Shown one piece after another: positions 10,503-20,663 of a stretch of 64,000 nucleotides of DNA. The stretch is taken from positions 92,626 through 156,625 of the forward strand of contig CAYFGE010000006.1 of NCBI GenBank assembly GCA_964342475.1, read 5' to 3'. The DNA is from an uncultured Planctomycetales bacterium (GTDB lineage Bacteria > Planctomycetota > UBA1135). Every line of letters begins with the position of its first letter. The first letter of the stretch is position 1. A program made the position numbers and the translations under genes. Under the pieces are notes generated by a model, which did not search any database, was not told the origin of the DNA, and saw nothing but the letters and a program-made list of their open reading frames with translations.

Positions 10503-13246
10503 TCCAGAGCCGCCACCAGCTCACCCTCGACGGGACGCCCGTCTCCTTCGCCGCCGGCGAGACCGTGCTCGACGCCGCGCGCCGCGCCGGGGTGGAGATC
10601 CCGACGCTTTGCCACGACCCGCGCCTCGCCCCGGCCGGCTGCTGCCGCTCCTGCCTGGTCGAGGTCGAGGGCCGGCCGCGCCTCGCTCCCGCCTGCGCCA
10701 CGCCCGCGGCCGACGGCATGGTCGTGGCCACCGACAACGAGCGCGTCGCGCGCCACCGGCGCACCCTGCTGTCGCTCTACCTGGCCGACCAGCCGGCCGA
10801 CCCCGAGCGCGGCGGGCACTCCTGTGAGCTGCACGGGATGGCCGCCGCTTACGGCGCCGACCCGGACTGGCCGCGGATGGCGCCGCTGCGCAGCGGCCGC
10901 GAGGACGTCAACCCCTACATCCTCTTCGAGGCCGACAAGTGCATCCTGTGCGCGCGCTGCACGCGCTACTGCGCCGAGGTCGAGGGGGTCAGCGCGATCG
11001 CGCTGAGCGGGCGCGGCGCGCGCACGACGATCTCGACCGCCGACCGCCGCGGGCTGCTCGACACGAGCTGCGAGCTGTGCGGCGGCTGCATCGACGCCTG
11101 CCCCACGGGGGCGATGACCGAGAAGATGCCGCGCGCCGCCGGCGCGCCGGCCGAGGCCGCGCTGGAGAAGGTGCGCACGACCTGCAACTACTGCGGCGTC
11201 GGCTGCCAGATGGACCTCAACGTCGACCGCGCGGCGAACCGCGTGGCCAAAGTCACCAGCCCGCCGCCGGGAACGACGACCAACGACGGCAACCTGTGCG
11301 TCAAGGGGCGCTTCGCCTACGACTTCATCGACCACCCCGACCGCCTGACGGCGCCGCTGGTGCGCGGGGCGGACGGGCTGCTGCACGAGGCCTCGTGGGA
11401 GGAGGCGCTGGCGCGCGCCGCCGACGGCCTGCGCGGGGTGGCGGCGCGCCACGGCGCTGACGCCCTCGGCTTCGTGTCGAGCTCGCGCTGCACCGGCGAG
11501 GAGAACTACCTGGTCCAGAAGCTGGCGCGCGGGGTGTTCGGCACGAACAACGTGCACCAGTGCGCAGCGACCTGACACGCTCCGACGGTGGCCGGTCTGG
11601 TCACCACCTTCGGCGCCGGCGCGATGACCAACTCGATCGGGGAGATCCGCGAGGCGGACTTCCTGTTCGTCACCGGCAGCAACACGACCGAGGCGCACCC
11701 GATCATCGCCATGGAGATGAAGCGGGCGGTGCGGCGCGGCGCCCGCCTGGTCGTCGCCGACCCGCGCGCGATCTGGCTGACCACGATCGCCGACCGCCAC
11801 CTGAAGCTGCGCCCGGGCACCGACGTCTGGCTGCTCAACGCGATGGCGCACGTGATCCTCGCCGAGGGCCTGGCCGACGAGGCCTTCATCGCCGCCAACA
11901 CCGAGAACTTCGAGGCGGTGCGCGAGGCCGTGGCGCGCTACACGCCGGAGGAGGCCGAGGAGGTCACCGGCGTGTCGGCGGCCGACATCCGCGCCACGGC
12001 GCGCGAGTACGCCACCACGCGCAAGGCCGGCATCTACTACACGCTGGGCATCACCGAGCACACCCACGGCACCGACAACGTCTACGCGCTGTCGAACCTG
12101 GTGCTGATGACCGGCCACCTCGGCGTGGCCTCGGCCGGGATGAACCCGCTGCGCGGCCAGAACAACGTGCAGGGCGCCAACGACGCCGGCGCCAGCCCTG
12201 TGTTCCTGCCCGGCTACCAGCGCGTGGACGACGACGCGGCGCGCGCGCGCTTCGAGCGGGACTGGGGCCGGAGCATCCCCGCCGAGCCCGGCCTGAACCT
12301 GAACCAGATGATGAAGGAGGCCGGCAAGTCGCTGAAGGGCTTCTTCGTCATGGGCGAGGACATCGTGCTCAGCGAGCCGAACGTGGCCCGCCTGGAGGAG
12401 GGCCTCAACCGCGTCGAGTTCCTCGTCCTGCAGGACCTCTTCCTCAACGAGACCGCGCGCTTCGCCGACGTCGTCCTGCCCGGCGCCTGCTTCGCCGAGA
12501 AGGACGGCGTGTTCACCAACTCCGAGCGCCGTGTGCAGCGCGTGCGCAAGGCGGTCGAGCCGCCGGGACAGGCGTGGGCCGACCTCGAGATCCTGCAGCA
12601 GCTCGCCGCGGCCTGCGGCGGCGACTGGCCGGCGCAGGACGCCGCCGCGGTCTACGCCGAGATGGCCGCGCTGGCGCCGAAGTTCGCCGGCATCGGGCAC
12701 GCGCGGCTCGACCGCGACGGCGGCCTGCAGTGGCCCTGCGAGACGCCCGACTCGCCCGGCACGCGCTTCCTCCACGAGGGCGGCGTGCTGCGCGGCAAGG
12801 GCCGCTTCGAGCCGGTCGAGTACCGCCCCTCGGCCGAGCAGGCCGACGCCGAGTACCCGCTGGTGCTGTCCACCGGCCGCACGCTCTACCACTACAACGC
12901 GGCGACGCAGACGCGGCGGGCGCCCGGCCTGTCGGTCAAGCAGCCCGAGGCCTACGTCGAGCTGCACCGGCGCGACGCCGGCCGCCGCGGCATCGCCGAC
13001 GGCGACCTGGTCGAGGTGCGTACGCGGCGCGGCGTGGTGCGCTGCCGCGCGGCGGTCAGCAAGCAGGTGCGCGCCGGCTGCATCTGGATGCCCTTCCACT
13101 TCTCCGAGGCGCGCGCCAACCTGCTCACCGTGGACGAGGGCGACGCCGTCACCGGCACGGCCGAGTACAAGGTGTGCGCGGCCGAGGTCAGCCGCGTGGC
13201 CGACGCCGAGCCCGCCGCCGTCTTCCCGGGCGCCTTCTGGGTGTGA
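10499..13246 (+). CDS. fdhA: formate dehydrogenase alpha subunit, selenocysteine-containing (in-frame UGA at 11573..11575)
   Basis: GTG 10499 overlaps the upstream stop (GTGA). N-terminal 2Fe-2S/4Fe-4S Cys clusters (CRSCLVEV, CILCARCTRYC, CELCGGCIDACP) and Mo-bisPGD 4Fe-4S TTCNYCGVGCQM. Track ORFs 9035..11575 and 11588..13246 share one frame and are joined by TGA in the context [34 protein letters not shown]. This aligns with the E. coli FdhF Sec site (..CARV-U-HGPSVAGL..). Confidence 0.85.
11573..11613 (+). promoter_or_regulatory. UGA(Sec) codon plus bacterial SECIS-like hairpin
   Basis: UGA CAC GCU CCG ACG GUG GCC GGU CUG GUC ACC. Stem GGUGGCC (11587..11593) pairs with GGUCACC (11599..11605), 7 bp including one G-U, with apical loop GGUCU. 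A lower stem CCGA/UCGG is possible. The GGUCUG apical sequence matches E. coli fdhF SECIS as I recall it. Confidence 0.75.
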
Positions 13247-13259
13247 GCCCTCCGCCGCC

Positions 13260-14138
13260 GTGATCCGCTACGCCGGCCAGCTCTACCGCCCTCCGTCCGA
13301 GGCCGACTCGCTGATCCTGCAAGCCACGCTGGGCTGCAGCTACAACGAGTGCACCTTCTGCGGCATGTACCGGGACAAGGCCTTCCGCGTGCGGCCGCTC
13401 GAGGAGCTCGAGCGCGAGATCGCCTGGGCGCTGGCGAACCTCCCCGGCGTGCGCAAGGTCTTCCTGGCCGACGGGGACGCGCTGGTCGCCAAGGCCTCCT
13501 TCCTCGAGGCGCTGCTCGACCGGCTGAACGCGGCCTTCCCCGCGCTGCGGCGCATCAGCGTCTACGCCTCGCCCCAGTCGCTCCAGCTGCGCACGGTCGA
13601 GGAGATGGCGCGGCTGCGCGAGAAGGGGCTGACGCTGTACTACCTGGGCATCGAGAGCGGCGACGACGCGGTGCTCACGGAGCTGCGCAAGGGTGTGGAC
13701 GCTGCGGAGATGGTGCGCGTGGCACGCAAGGCGGTGGACGCCGGCGTGAAGCTGAGCACGATGATCCTGCTCGGCGCCGGCGGGCGGGCGCGCTCGCGCG
13801 AGCACGCCGAGAACTCCGCGCGCGTGGTCAACGCGATCCAGCCGCGCTTCGTCAGCACGCTGGTCATGACGCCGGTCCCCGGCACGCCGCTGGGCGAGCA
13901 GCACGCCCGCGGCGAGGTGGACGAGCTCGACCCGGTCGAACTGGCCGCCGAGCTGCGCGTCTTCCTGGCCGCGCTCGAGCTCGACGGCGCGGTGTTCCGC
14001 AGCAACCACGCCAGCAACTTCCTGGCGCTGGGCGGGACCCTGCCGAAGGACCGCGACGCGATGGTCGCCGCGCTCGACCGTGCGCTGGCGGACCCGGCGG
14101 CCGCGCCCTTCCGGCCGGCCTGGATGCGCGGGCTCTGA
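13260..14138 (+). CDS. radical SAM protein (no recognisable auxiliary domain)
   Basis: CSYNECTFC (CxxxCxxC) near the N-terminus, followed by a TIM-barrel-like YYLGIESGDD pattern. GTG 13260 lies 14 nt after the fdhA stop. Confidence 0.75.
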   Translation: MIRYAGQLYRPPSEADSLILQATLGCSYNECTFCGMYRDKAFRVRPLEELEREIAWALANLPGVRKVFLADGDALVAKASFLEALLDRLNAAFPALRRISVYASPQSLQLRTVEEMARLREKGLTLYYLGIESGDDAVLTELRKGVDAAEMVRVARKAVDAGVKLSTMILLGAGGRARSREHAENSARVVNAIQPRFVSTLVMTPVPGTPLGEQHARGEVDELDPVELAAELRVFLAALELDGAVFRSNHASNFLALGGTLPKDRDAMVAALDRALADPAAAPFRPAWMRGL

Positions 14139-14209
14139 GGCGACCGTAACTCCTGGTGGCGCGGCGCGTCTGCTCCGGCAGAACCGAAGCCGACCCGGCA
14201 GGAGGAACC

Positions 14210-14644
14210 ATGAAAGCCATCACCCTCGCGGCCTGCGCGCTGCTCACCGGCGCGGCCGCTGCCCAGGAACCCGGCGGCGGCAGCGCGCCGCTCTGCCCCG
14301 ACCTCGGGGTGGTCCACCACGAACCCCTCAGCGTCACCTACACCGGCCTCCAGGCCTGCGACTGGGGCCTGGTCGAGTTCCGCTTCGGCGGCGTGACCGT
14401 CACCTGGGAGGACCCGGTCTGCCCGCTCTTCATCCTGGTCGAGCCGAACTGGACCGAGATCGGCGAGAAGCACGGCGCCCGCATCATGGCGATCAAACTG
14501 TCCGAGGCGATGAAGTTCAACTTCGCCTGCGACGAGGAGACGGAGAACTGCACCCAGATCTCCGTGGACCGGATCGGGATCTACGCCTACCACATCGACT
14601 CGCCCTGCGGTCCGCCGCCGGAGATCACCCCGCCGCAGCGATGA
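14210..14644 (+). CDS. small secreted Cys-rich protein of unknown function
   Basis: AGGAGG-like RBS (ggagga) 6 nt before ATG 14210. Signal peptide MKAITLAACALLTGAAAAQ. Six Cys in the mature part; third-position G/C is high. Confidence 0.6.
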   Translation: MKAITLAACALLTGAAAAQEPGGGSAPLCPDLGVVHHEPLSVTYTGLQACDWGLVEFRFGGVTVTWEDPVCPLFILVEPNWTEIGEKHGARIMAIKLSEAMKFNFACDEETENCTQISVDRIGIYAYHIDSPCGPPPEITPPQR

Positions 14645-16083
14645 GGCGCGCCGGCTGCCTGCTCCTCGCCTCGGCCCTCCCCCTCGCCGCTGCGCCGCTC
14701 CTGCTGCGGGGACCGGGAGTGGAGGAGGTCGCCGCGGCCCCGCGGCCCAGCGCCGGAGCGCCGGCGGCCGCGGGTCCGGCCGCTGGAGGATCCCTGCGGA
14801 CGCAGCGGACACCCGGGACCTCCGCCGCAGCCCTCGACCTCGGGCTGCTCGAGCGCGTCCACCAGCGTGAGGGTCGGGGCGCCGCCATCGAGGCCGCGTT
14901 GCGGCGTCCCGAGCTCCCCGCCTGGGTGCTCGAGCGCCTCGAGCGGGAGGACTTCCCGCCGGAACGCCGCCGCTCGCTCGCCTGGCTGCTGCGCGCCGTG
15001 CTGACGGTGTGGGACGAGCTCCCCGCCCCCGCACCGGCGCCGCGCGACCCGTACCTCGCCCGGGTGGTCGCCGCCGGCGCCGGGTCCGACCGTTCCGCAG
15101 CCGTCGTGCGCCTCTGCTGGAGCCGGCAGCGGCTGCTCTCCGCCGACCACCTCGGTCTGGTCCAGGCCGCGCGTCCGGCCGACCTCGAGCTACCGGACGG
15201 CGCCGAGGGTGCCGAGCGCGCCGCGATGCACCTCGCCCTGCTCGAGGACGCGTGGCGCGGCTGCCTCGAGCGCGGGCTCGACGCAGCGGTGCTCGAAGGG
15301 CTGGAGGATCCGAGCCGCGCCGTCCGCCAGCTGGCGCGCCGCCTCTGGTTCGCCACCGAACGCAGCGGAGGCTGGAAGGAAGCTCTGCTGCTGCTGAGCG
15401 GGTGGCCGCACGAGGAGCAGGCCGACCTGCTGGCGGCGATGGCGGCTGCGGCGCCGCCGGAGGAGGCCCTCGCCGCCCTGACCGCGGCCGAGTTCGCCCC
15501 GCAGGAACGCGCCGGCTTCCTCGGCGCGTGGATCGAGCTGGCCCGGCGCGCGCCCGAACGGGTCAGCGACCGCTACGCCGAGCTGCTCGCCTCGGGGCAG
15601 CGGGCGGTCCTGCCGCAGCCGCGCGGCTGGGGCGACACCGGGCCCGATGCCGACCCCGCCCTCGCCCTCGAGGACGTCCTGCGCGAGGGCCGGGGACGCA
15701 ACCACCTGCTCACCGCCGGACTCCTGGCCGGCGGCGCGACCGGACGCACCGACTGGGGCCGGGTGGAGGACGCCGCCTGGATGGAGTGGAACCCCGTGGT
15801 CCGCAGCACCGCGTGGCGGGCCCTCACCGGCGGCGGTCCGCCGGCCGCCGCGACGGCCCTCCAGCAGCTGATGGATCCGTCCTGGGTGGACGGCGCGCGC
15901 CTCCCGGGCGTCGAGGACGACGGGCACCTGATGCCCGGCCTGGTCGCCCTCGCCAGCACCCTCCCGTCGGGCCGACTCGGCGACCTCGAGCGGGGTGCTG
16001 CCGGGCTGAGGTTGGCGGAGGAGCAGGCCGCTGAACTCCGCCGGCTCCTCGAGGAGCGCCGCCGCGAGGCGTCCGACATGTGA
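14641..16083 (+). CDS. secreted protein of unknown function with HEAT-like repeats
   Basis: ATG 14641 overlaps the upstream stop (ATGA). Signal-like MRRAGCLLLASALPLAAAP. Repeated D/NPxVRxxAxRxL-like segments (EDPSRAVRQLARRL, NPVVRSTAWRAL). Confidence 0.5.
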   Translation: MRRAGCLLLASALPLAAAPLLLRGPGVEEVAAAPRPSAGAPAAAGPAAGGSLRTQRTPGTSAAALDLGLLERVHQREGRGAAIEAALRRPELPAWVLERLEREDFPPERRRSLAWLLRAVLTVWDELPAPAPAPRDPYLARVVAAGAGSDRSAAVVRLCWSRQRLLSADHLGLVQAARPADLELPDGAEGAERAAMHLALLEDAWRGCLERGLDAAVLEGLEDPSRAVRQLARRLWFATERSGGWKEALLLLSGWPHEEQADLLAAMAAAAPPEEALAALTAAEFAPQERAGFLGAWIELARRAPERVSDRYAELLASGQRAVLPQPRGWGDTGPDADPALALEDVLREGRGRNHLLTAGLLAGGATGRTDWGRVEDAAWMEWNPVVRSTAWRALTGGGPPAAATALQQLMDPSWVDGARLPGVEDDGHLMPGLVALASTLPSGRLGDLERGAAGLRLAEEQAAELRRLLEERRREASDM

Positions 16084-16117
16084 CGGCGACGGCGACGCCC
16101 CGCCCGGCGGGCGCTGC

Positions 16118-16123
16118 TACGGT
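16118..16123 (+). promoter_or_regulatory. candidate -10 box TACGGT, 6 nt upstream of ATG 16130 (leaderless architecture)
   Basis: TAnnnT hexamer, 6-nt gap (ggcgcc), then ATG. No Shine-Dalgarno is possible. Confidence 0.4.
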
Positions 16124-16129
16124 GGCGCC

Positions 16130-17855
16130 ATGACCCCCCCCTCCCGCCGCCTCGGGCGAGAAGACCTCCTTCCTCTCCCAATTCACCCAGTTCTCCGGGC
16201 TCTACTGGATCGCCAACTGGATGGAGCTGGTCGAGCGCTTCGCCTACTACGGCGTGCGCGTCGTCCTGCCGGTGTTCATGGTCGCCTCCTTCAAGGACGG
16301 CGGCCCCGAGTTCGACCACCTGCAGAAGGGCTTCGTCTACGCCATCTGGGCGTTGGTGCAGAGCTTCGTGCCGATCTTCACCGGCGGCTTCGCCGACCGC
16401 TACGGCTACAAGCTCAACATCGCGATCAGCACCGTGCTGAAGATCGTCGGCTACCTGCTGATGGGCTTCTGCATCCCGCTGGCCGAGCGGCTCGCCGGGG
16501 CGGAGCTCTCGGTGGCGCGCGCCGCCGGGACGGACCTCACCTTCGAGATCTTCTTCGCCGGGGCGATGTTCCTGGCCCTGGGCACGGCGATCTTCAAGCC
16601 CGGCCTGCAGGGCCTGATCGCCCACCAGATGCCGAAGAAGTCGGCCGCGCTCGGCTGGGCGCTGTTCTACCAGATGGTCAACATCGGCGGCTTCATCGGC
16701 CCGATGATCGCCGGTTACCTGCGCGTGCTCGAGTGGCAGTACGTGTTCCTGGCCTGCTCGGCCGGCATCGCGCTGAACTTCATCCCGCTGCTCCTCTTCA
16801 AGGAGCCGGAGCACCACGGCGACGACAACCAGGCCGGCCCGCTCAAGCTGCTGGCCGACGCCGTCCACGGCCTGCTCGAGCCGCGGCTGTTCTTCTTCAC
16901 GATCAGCTTCGCCGGCTTCTGGCTGATGTTCTACCAGCTGTTCGACATCCTGCCGAACTTCATCGACGACTGGGTCGACTCGCGCGCCGCGGCCTCCGCC
17001 CTGGCCGGGGTCTTCGGCGACGGTGCGGTCCCCACGGTGAACGAGGGCAACCTGACGCAGGAGTGGATGATCAACTTCAACGCCCTGCTGATCAGCTGCC
17101 TGGCCTTCGCCATGGGCTTCCTGACCGGCAAGGTCCGCTCGCTGACCGCGATCGTGGTCGGCATCGCGGTGTCGGCCGCGGCGATCTACGGGCTGGGCAT
17201 GTCGATGAGCGGCTGGTGGACGCTGGCGGCCATCGGCCTGTTCTCGCTCGGCGAGATGTCGGCCAGCCCGACCAAGATGCGCTACCTGGCCTCGATCGCC
17301 CCGCCCGGCAAGGAAGGCCTCTACATGGGCTACGTGAACTTCACCGTCGGCATCGGCTGGTCGATCGGTTCGGTGATCGCCGGCGAGATGTACCAGGAGG
17401 GCGGCGACAAGATCGTGCTCGCCCGCCGCTACCTGGTCGAGGAGCAGGGCGTGGCGCAGGAGGTGGTCGACGGGCTCGGCCGGGCCGACGTCCTCCCCTT
17501 CTTCCAGGAGACCCTGGCCATGGACCCCTGGCAGACCCGCGAGCTGCTGTGGAACACCTACGAGCCGCAGTCGATGTGGCTGGCGTTCACGCTGATCGGT
17601 CTGGCCTCGATGCTGCTCATCCTGGTCTACGACAAGGTGACCACCGCCGCCAACGAGCGCCCCGACCACCCCTTCAACACCTCCGGCCACCTGTGGGTGC
17701 GCACCGCGCTGGTGCCGATCGTCGGCGCATTCGGCCTGGCCTGGTTCCGCCGCCCGGACGACTACTCGGTCGCCGTGCTCATGATCATGTTCCTGATCAT
17801 GTTCCTCGCCTCCTTCACCAAGAAGCACGAACCGAGCACCGCGATGATGGCGTGA
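16130..17855 (+). CDS. POT/PTR-family proton-dependent peptide transporter; reading frame broken at a C8 tract (16134..16141) right after the ATG
   Basis: Signature WMELVERFAYYG (ExxERFxYYG) and GGFADRYGYK, ~12-14 TM. The conserved N-terminal residues EKTSFLSQFTQFSGLYWIANW are in frame 0 with no start codon after the TGA at 16131. The only start (ATG 16130) is in frame 2. Removing one C restores M-T-P-P-P-A-A-S-G-E-K-T-S-F... Confidence 0.8.
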
Positions 17856-17897
17856 CGCCGCCGGCGGCCGAGCCGCGGCCGCCGCACACGAACAGGA

Positions 17898-17924
17898 GGG
17901 GCGGAGCCCGGCGGGCTCCGCCCC
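17898..17924. terminator. GC-rich hairpin between convergent genes (possible bidirectional terminator)
   Basis: GGGGCGGAGCC-cggcg-GGCTCCGCCCC, a perfect 11-bp stem with no clear U-tract. Confidence 0.5.
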
Positions 17925-17949
17925 TCGCTGCGTCCAGGCGGCGGTTCGT

Positions 17950-19389
17950 CTAGCTGGCGCCCTTGGCCATGAAGACGGCCGGGATGGTCATGAGCAGGAT
18001 CTTCAGGTCGAGCGCCAGCGACCACTGGTCGATGTACTCGAGGTCGAGCCGCACCCACTCGTCGAAGTCGGTGATCTCGCTGCGTCCGCTGACCTGCCAC
18101 AGGCCGGTGATGCCGGGCTTCACGCTCAGCCGGCGCTTCTGGTTGCGCTCGTAGAGGTCGACCTCGCTCGGCACCGGCGGGCGCGGACCGACCAGGCTCA
18201 TGTTGCCCTTCAGCACGTTGAACAGCTGCGGCAGCTCGTCGACGGAGAACTTGCGCAGCCAGGCGCCGACGCGCGTGATGCGCGGGTCCTTCTTGATCTT
18301 GAAGACCGGCCCGTCCATCTCGTTCTGCGCCTCCAGCTGGGCCTTCATCGCGTCCGCGTTCGGCACCATGGTGCGGAACTTGTAGCAGGTGAAGAGCCGG
18401 CCGTTGAGCCCGACGCGCTCCTGACGGAACAACACGCCGCCGCCGTTGCGCTCGAGCAGCAGCAGCGCGGCGACCACCAGCATGAGCGGCGCGGCGGCCA
18501 CCAGCACCAGCGCGGCGACGGTGGCGTCGAAGGCCCGCTTCACCACCCGCGCGATGTCGGTCATCGGCGAGTGCGCCGCCGACACGGTGGTCAGGCCCTC
18601 GAAGTTGTCGAAGCCCCAGCGCACGCCGGGGAAGAAGTTCTGCGGCATGATGTAGCGCAGCGCCACGCCCTGCTCCGCGGCGGCGGAGCTCAGGTCGTAG
18701 GTCGCGCCGCTCTCGTCGGGCAGCCCGTCCACCCAGATCTCGTCGATCGGCTCCTGGTCGAGGAAGGGCACCAGCTGCTCGCGCGCGAGCACCGGCGGGT
18801 TGCCGGGGAGGTCCTCCCCGCTCCACTTCGGCTGCTGCTCGGCGGGCGGGTAGACCACGGCGAGCACGCGGAAGCCCCAGTAGTCATGCCCCAGGACCTT
18901 GCGCAGCAGCTCGGCAGGATCGCGCTGCGCGTTGGCCAGCACGACGAGGTGGCGGTAGTTGTAGCCCTTGCGGCGGACCACCCGCGCGGCGGTGCGGATG
19001 CCGATCCGCGCGGTCATCGCCGCGACCGTGTTGAGGGTCTGGAAGACCATCACCGCGACCATGTTGGCCGGCGGCGCCTTCAGGCTGGTCAGCAGCGCGA
19101 GCAGGATCAGGAAGCAGAGCGCGTTGACGAGCAGGATGCGCCAAGCCTCGCCCAGCATCGAGCGCATCCGCTGGCTCTGGTACAGATCGACCAGCTTGTA
19201 GCCCGTCAGGACGACGAAGATCGCCAGCAGGACCTGGAAGGAGTGCAGCAGCTCCGAGCGGAAGAAGGGGCTGCCACCGGGGATGAACAAGGACCGCAGC
19301 CGCACGCCAGCCGCGTAGGCCAGGAGCAGCAGGCTGCCGTCGAAGTAGACGAGCAACCTATGGACGAGCAGGCGGTGCCGCCGGAGCAT
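17950..19389 (-). CDS. polyprenyl-phosphate glycosylphosphotransferase (bacterial sugar transferase, WbaP/EpsZ-like priming enzyme)
   Basis: C-terminal catalytic domain CYKFRTM...DELPQLFNVLKGNMSLVGPRP...GITGLWQVSGR with N-terminal TM helices. Start taken at MLRRHRLL (ATG 19389); upstream codons lose the third-position G/C bias. Confidence 0.9.
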   Translation of the reverse strand: MLRRHRLLVHRLLVYFDGSLLLLAYAAGVRLRSLFIPGGSPFFRSELLHSFQVLLAIFVVLTGYKLVDLYQSQRMRSMLGEAWRILLVNALCFLILLALLTSLKAPPANMVAVMVFQTLNTVAAMTARIGIRTAARVVRRKGYNYRHLVVLANAQRDPAELLRKVLGHDYWGFRVLAVVYPPAEQQPKWSGEDLPGNPPVLAREQLVPFLDQEPIDEIWVDGLPDESGATYDLSSAAAEQGVALRYIMPQNFFPGVRWGFDNFEGLTTVSAAHSPMTDIARVVKRAFDATVAALVLVAAAPLMLVVAALLLLERNGGGVLFRQERVGLNGRLFTCYKFRTMVPNADAMKAQLEAQNEMDGPVFKIKKDPRITRVGAWLRKFSVDELPQLFNVLKGNMSLVGPRPPVPSEVDLYERNQKRRLSVKPGITGLWQVSGRSEITDFDEWVRLDLEYIDQWSLALDLKILLMTIPAVFMAKGAS

Positions 19390-19432
19390 GACAGGGGGAT
19401 GAGCTTGTCGGAGTGGGCGGGGACTCCCCGCC

Positions 19433-20617
19433 TTACTCCATCGGCGATTTCCAGTATAGCCGGGAAGGAATCGGTGCCCCGTTCGCCAGGGCGAGGAACA
19501 GGTCCTCGCGATCTGCCACCATCTTCGCGGCGCTGAAATTCGCCTCGACCGTCTCCCGCGCGCGCTCCCCCATCTTCCCGGCAAGAGCAGGATCCTTCAC
19601 CAATCGGAGAATCCGCTCCGCCAGCGCGGCGTGGTCCCCCTCCGCGATCAGGAAGCCGTTCTCGCCGTCCTCCACCTGCTCGTCGATGCTACCGACGTCA
19701 GTGCAGACGACCGGCCGGCGCGAGGCCATCGCCTCGAGCACCGAGTTGGGGAAGGTCTCGACCATGGCGTGGCTGCACAGCACCGACAGGTCCGACGCGG
19801 CGAGCAGCTCGGGGATGTCGGAACGCCGGCCGAGCGTCATCACCGCCTCGTCCAGACCGAGCTCGGCGCGCATGGCCTCGATGCGCGGGCGTTCGGGGCC
19901 GTCGCCGATGAGCAGGAAGCGCGTCTGCGGCACCTCCCTCACCACCTCCGCCGCCGCGCGCAGCAGCACGTCGTGGGCCTTCTCGATGCGGAAGGCCGCC
20001 ACGTGTGCCACCACCGGCGCGTCCGCGGGCAGGCCGAGCGCCGCGCGCGCCTCCGCGCGACCCGCTCCGGTGTAGCGCGCGAGGTCGACGCCGTTGTGGA
20101 TGACCAGGACCTTGTCGGGCGGGAAGCCCTCGTCCTCGACCAGGTAACGCGCCGCGCCGCGCGCGACGGCGACGAAGGCGTCGGTGATGCCGAACAGCCA
20201 GCGGTTCGGCCGGTCGAGGATCGAACCGCCGTGCGGGTTCCGCGTCGAGTGCAGCGTCGACACGATGCCCTTCACCCCGCTCAGCCAGCCGGCCAGGCGG
20301 CCCCAGAACATGCGGTCGCCACCGTCGCCGATCGTGCACACGACCTGGATCCCCTCGCGGCGGATCAGCCGCCGCAGGCGCCACAGCACGCCGAGGTCGG
20401 TCTTGCGCTTCAGCAGGTGCGCATGGACCGGGATGCCCGCGGCCTCGATCTCCGGCGCCAGCGGCCCAGGCTCCTTCAGACAGGCGACCACCGGCCGGAC
20501 GCGGCTGCGGTCGGTCTTCTGCACGATCTCGGCCACCTTGCGCTCCATGCCGCCGACGCGCAGGTCGGTGAGCAGGAACAGGACGGGGACGGGGGGAGCG
20601 GGCGGCGCGGCGGTCAT
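19433..20617 (-). CDS. GT4-family (GT-B) glycosyltransferase
   Basis: ETFPNSVLEAMASRRPVVCTDVGSIDEQVEDGENGFL (E-x7-E region) and N-terminal LLTDLRVGGMERKV. Confidence 0.85.
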   Translation of the reverse strand: MTAAPPAPPVPVLFLLTDLRVGGMERKVAEIVQKTDRSRVRPVVACLKEPGPLAPEIEAAGIPVHAHLLKRKTDLGVLWRLRRLIRREGIQVVCTIGDGGDRMFWGRLAGWLSGVKGIVSTLHSTRNPHGGSILDRPNRWLFGITDAFVAVARGAARYLVEDEGFPPDKVLVIHNGVDLARYTGAGRAEARAALGLPADAPVVAHVAAFRIEKAHDVLLRAAAEVVREVPQTRFLLIGDGPERPRIEAMRAELGLDEAVMTLGRRSDIPELLAASDLSVLCSHAMVETFPNSVLEAMASRRPVVCTDVGSIDEQVEDGENGFLIAEGDHAALAERILRLVKDPALAGKMGERARETVEANFSAAKMVADREDLFLALANGAPIPSRLYWKSPME

Positions 20618-20663
20618 CGGACGGGGGGTGGCTAGACTGAGCGCGCTCCCAGGCTAGCAGCCC

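Noticed and set aside
9035-11575. 846-aa ORF treated as an independent gene ending at TGA 11575
   Set aside because: Its first ~490 aa are a shadow frame over the NuoF-like gene. The real gene starts at GTG 10499 and reads through the TGA as selenocysteine into ORF 11588..13246.
16130-17953. 607-aa ORF in the ATG 16130 frame
   Set aside because: It is an Arg/Pro/Gly-rich shadow frame. Only its start codon appears genuine, and the transporter is encoded in the +1 frame.
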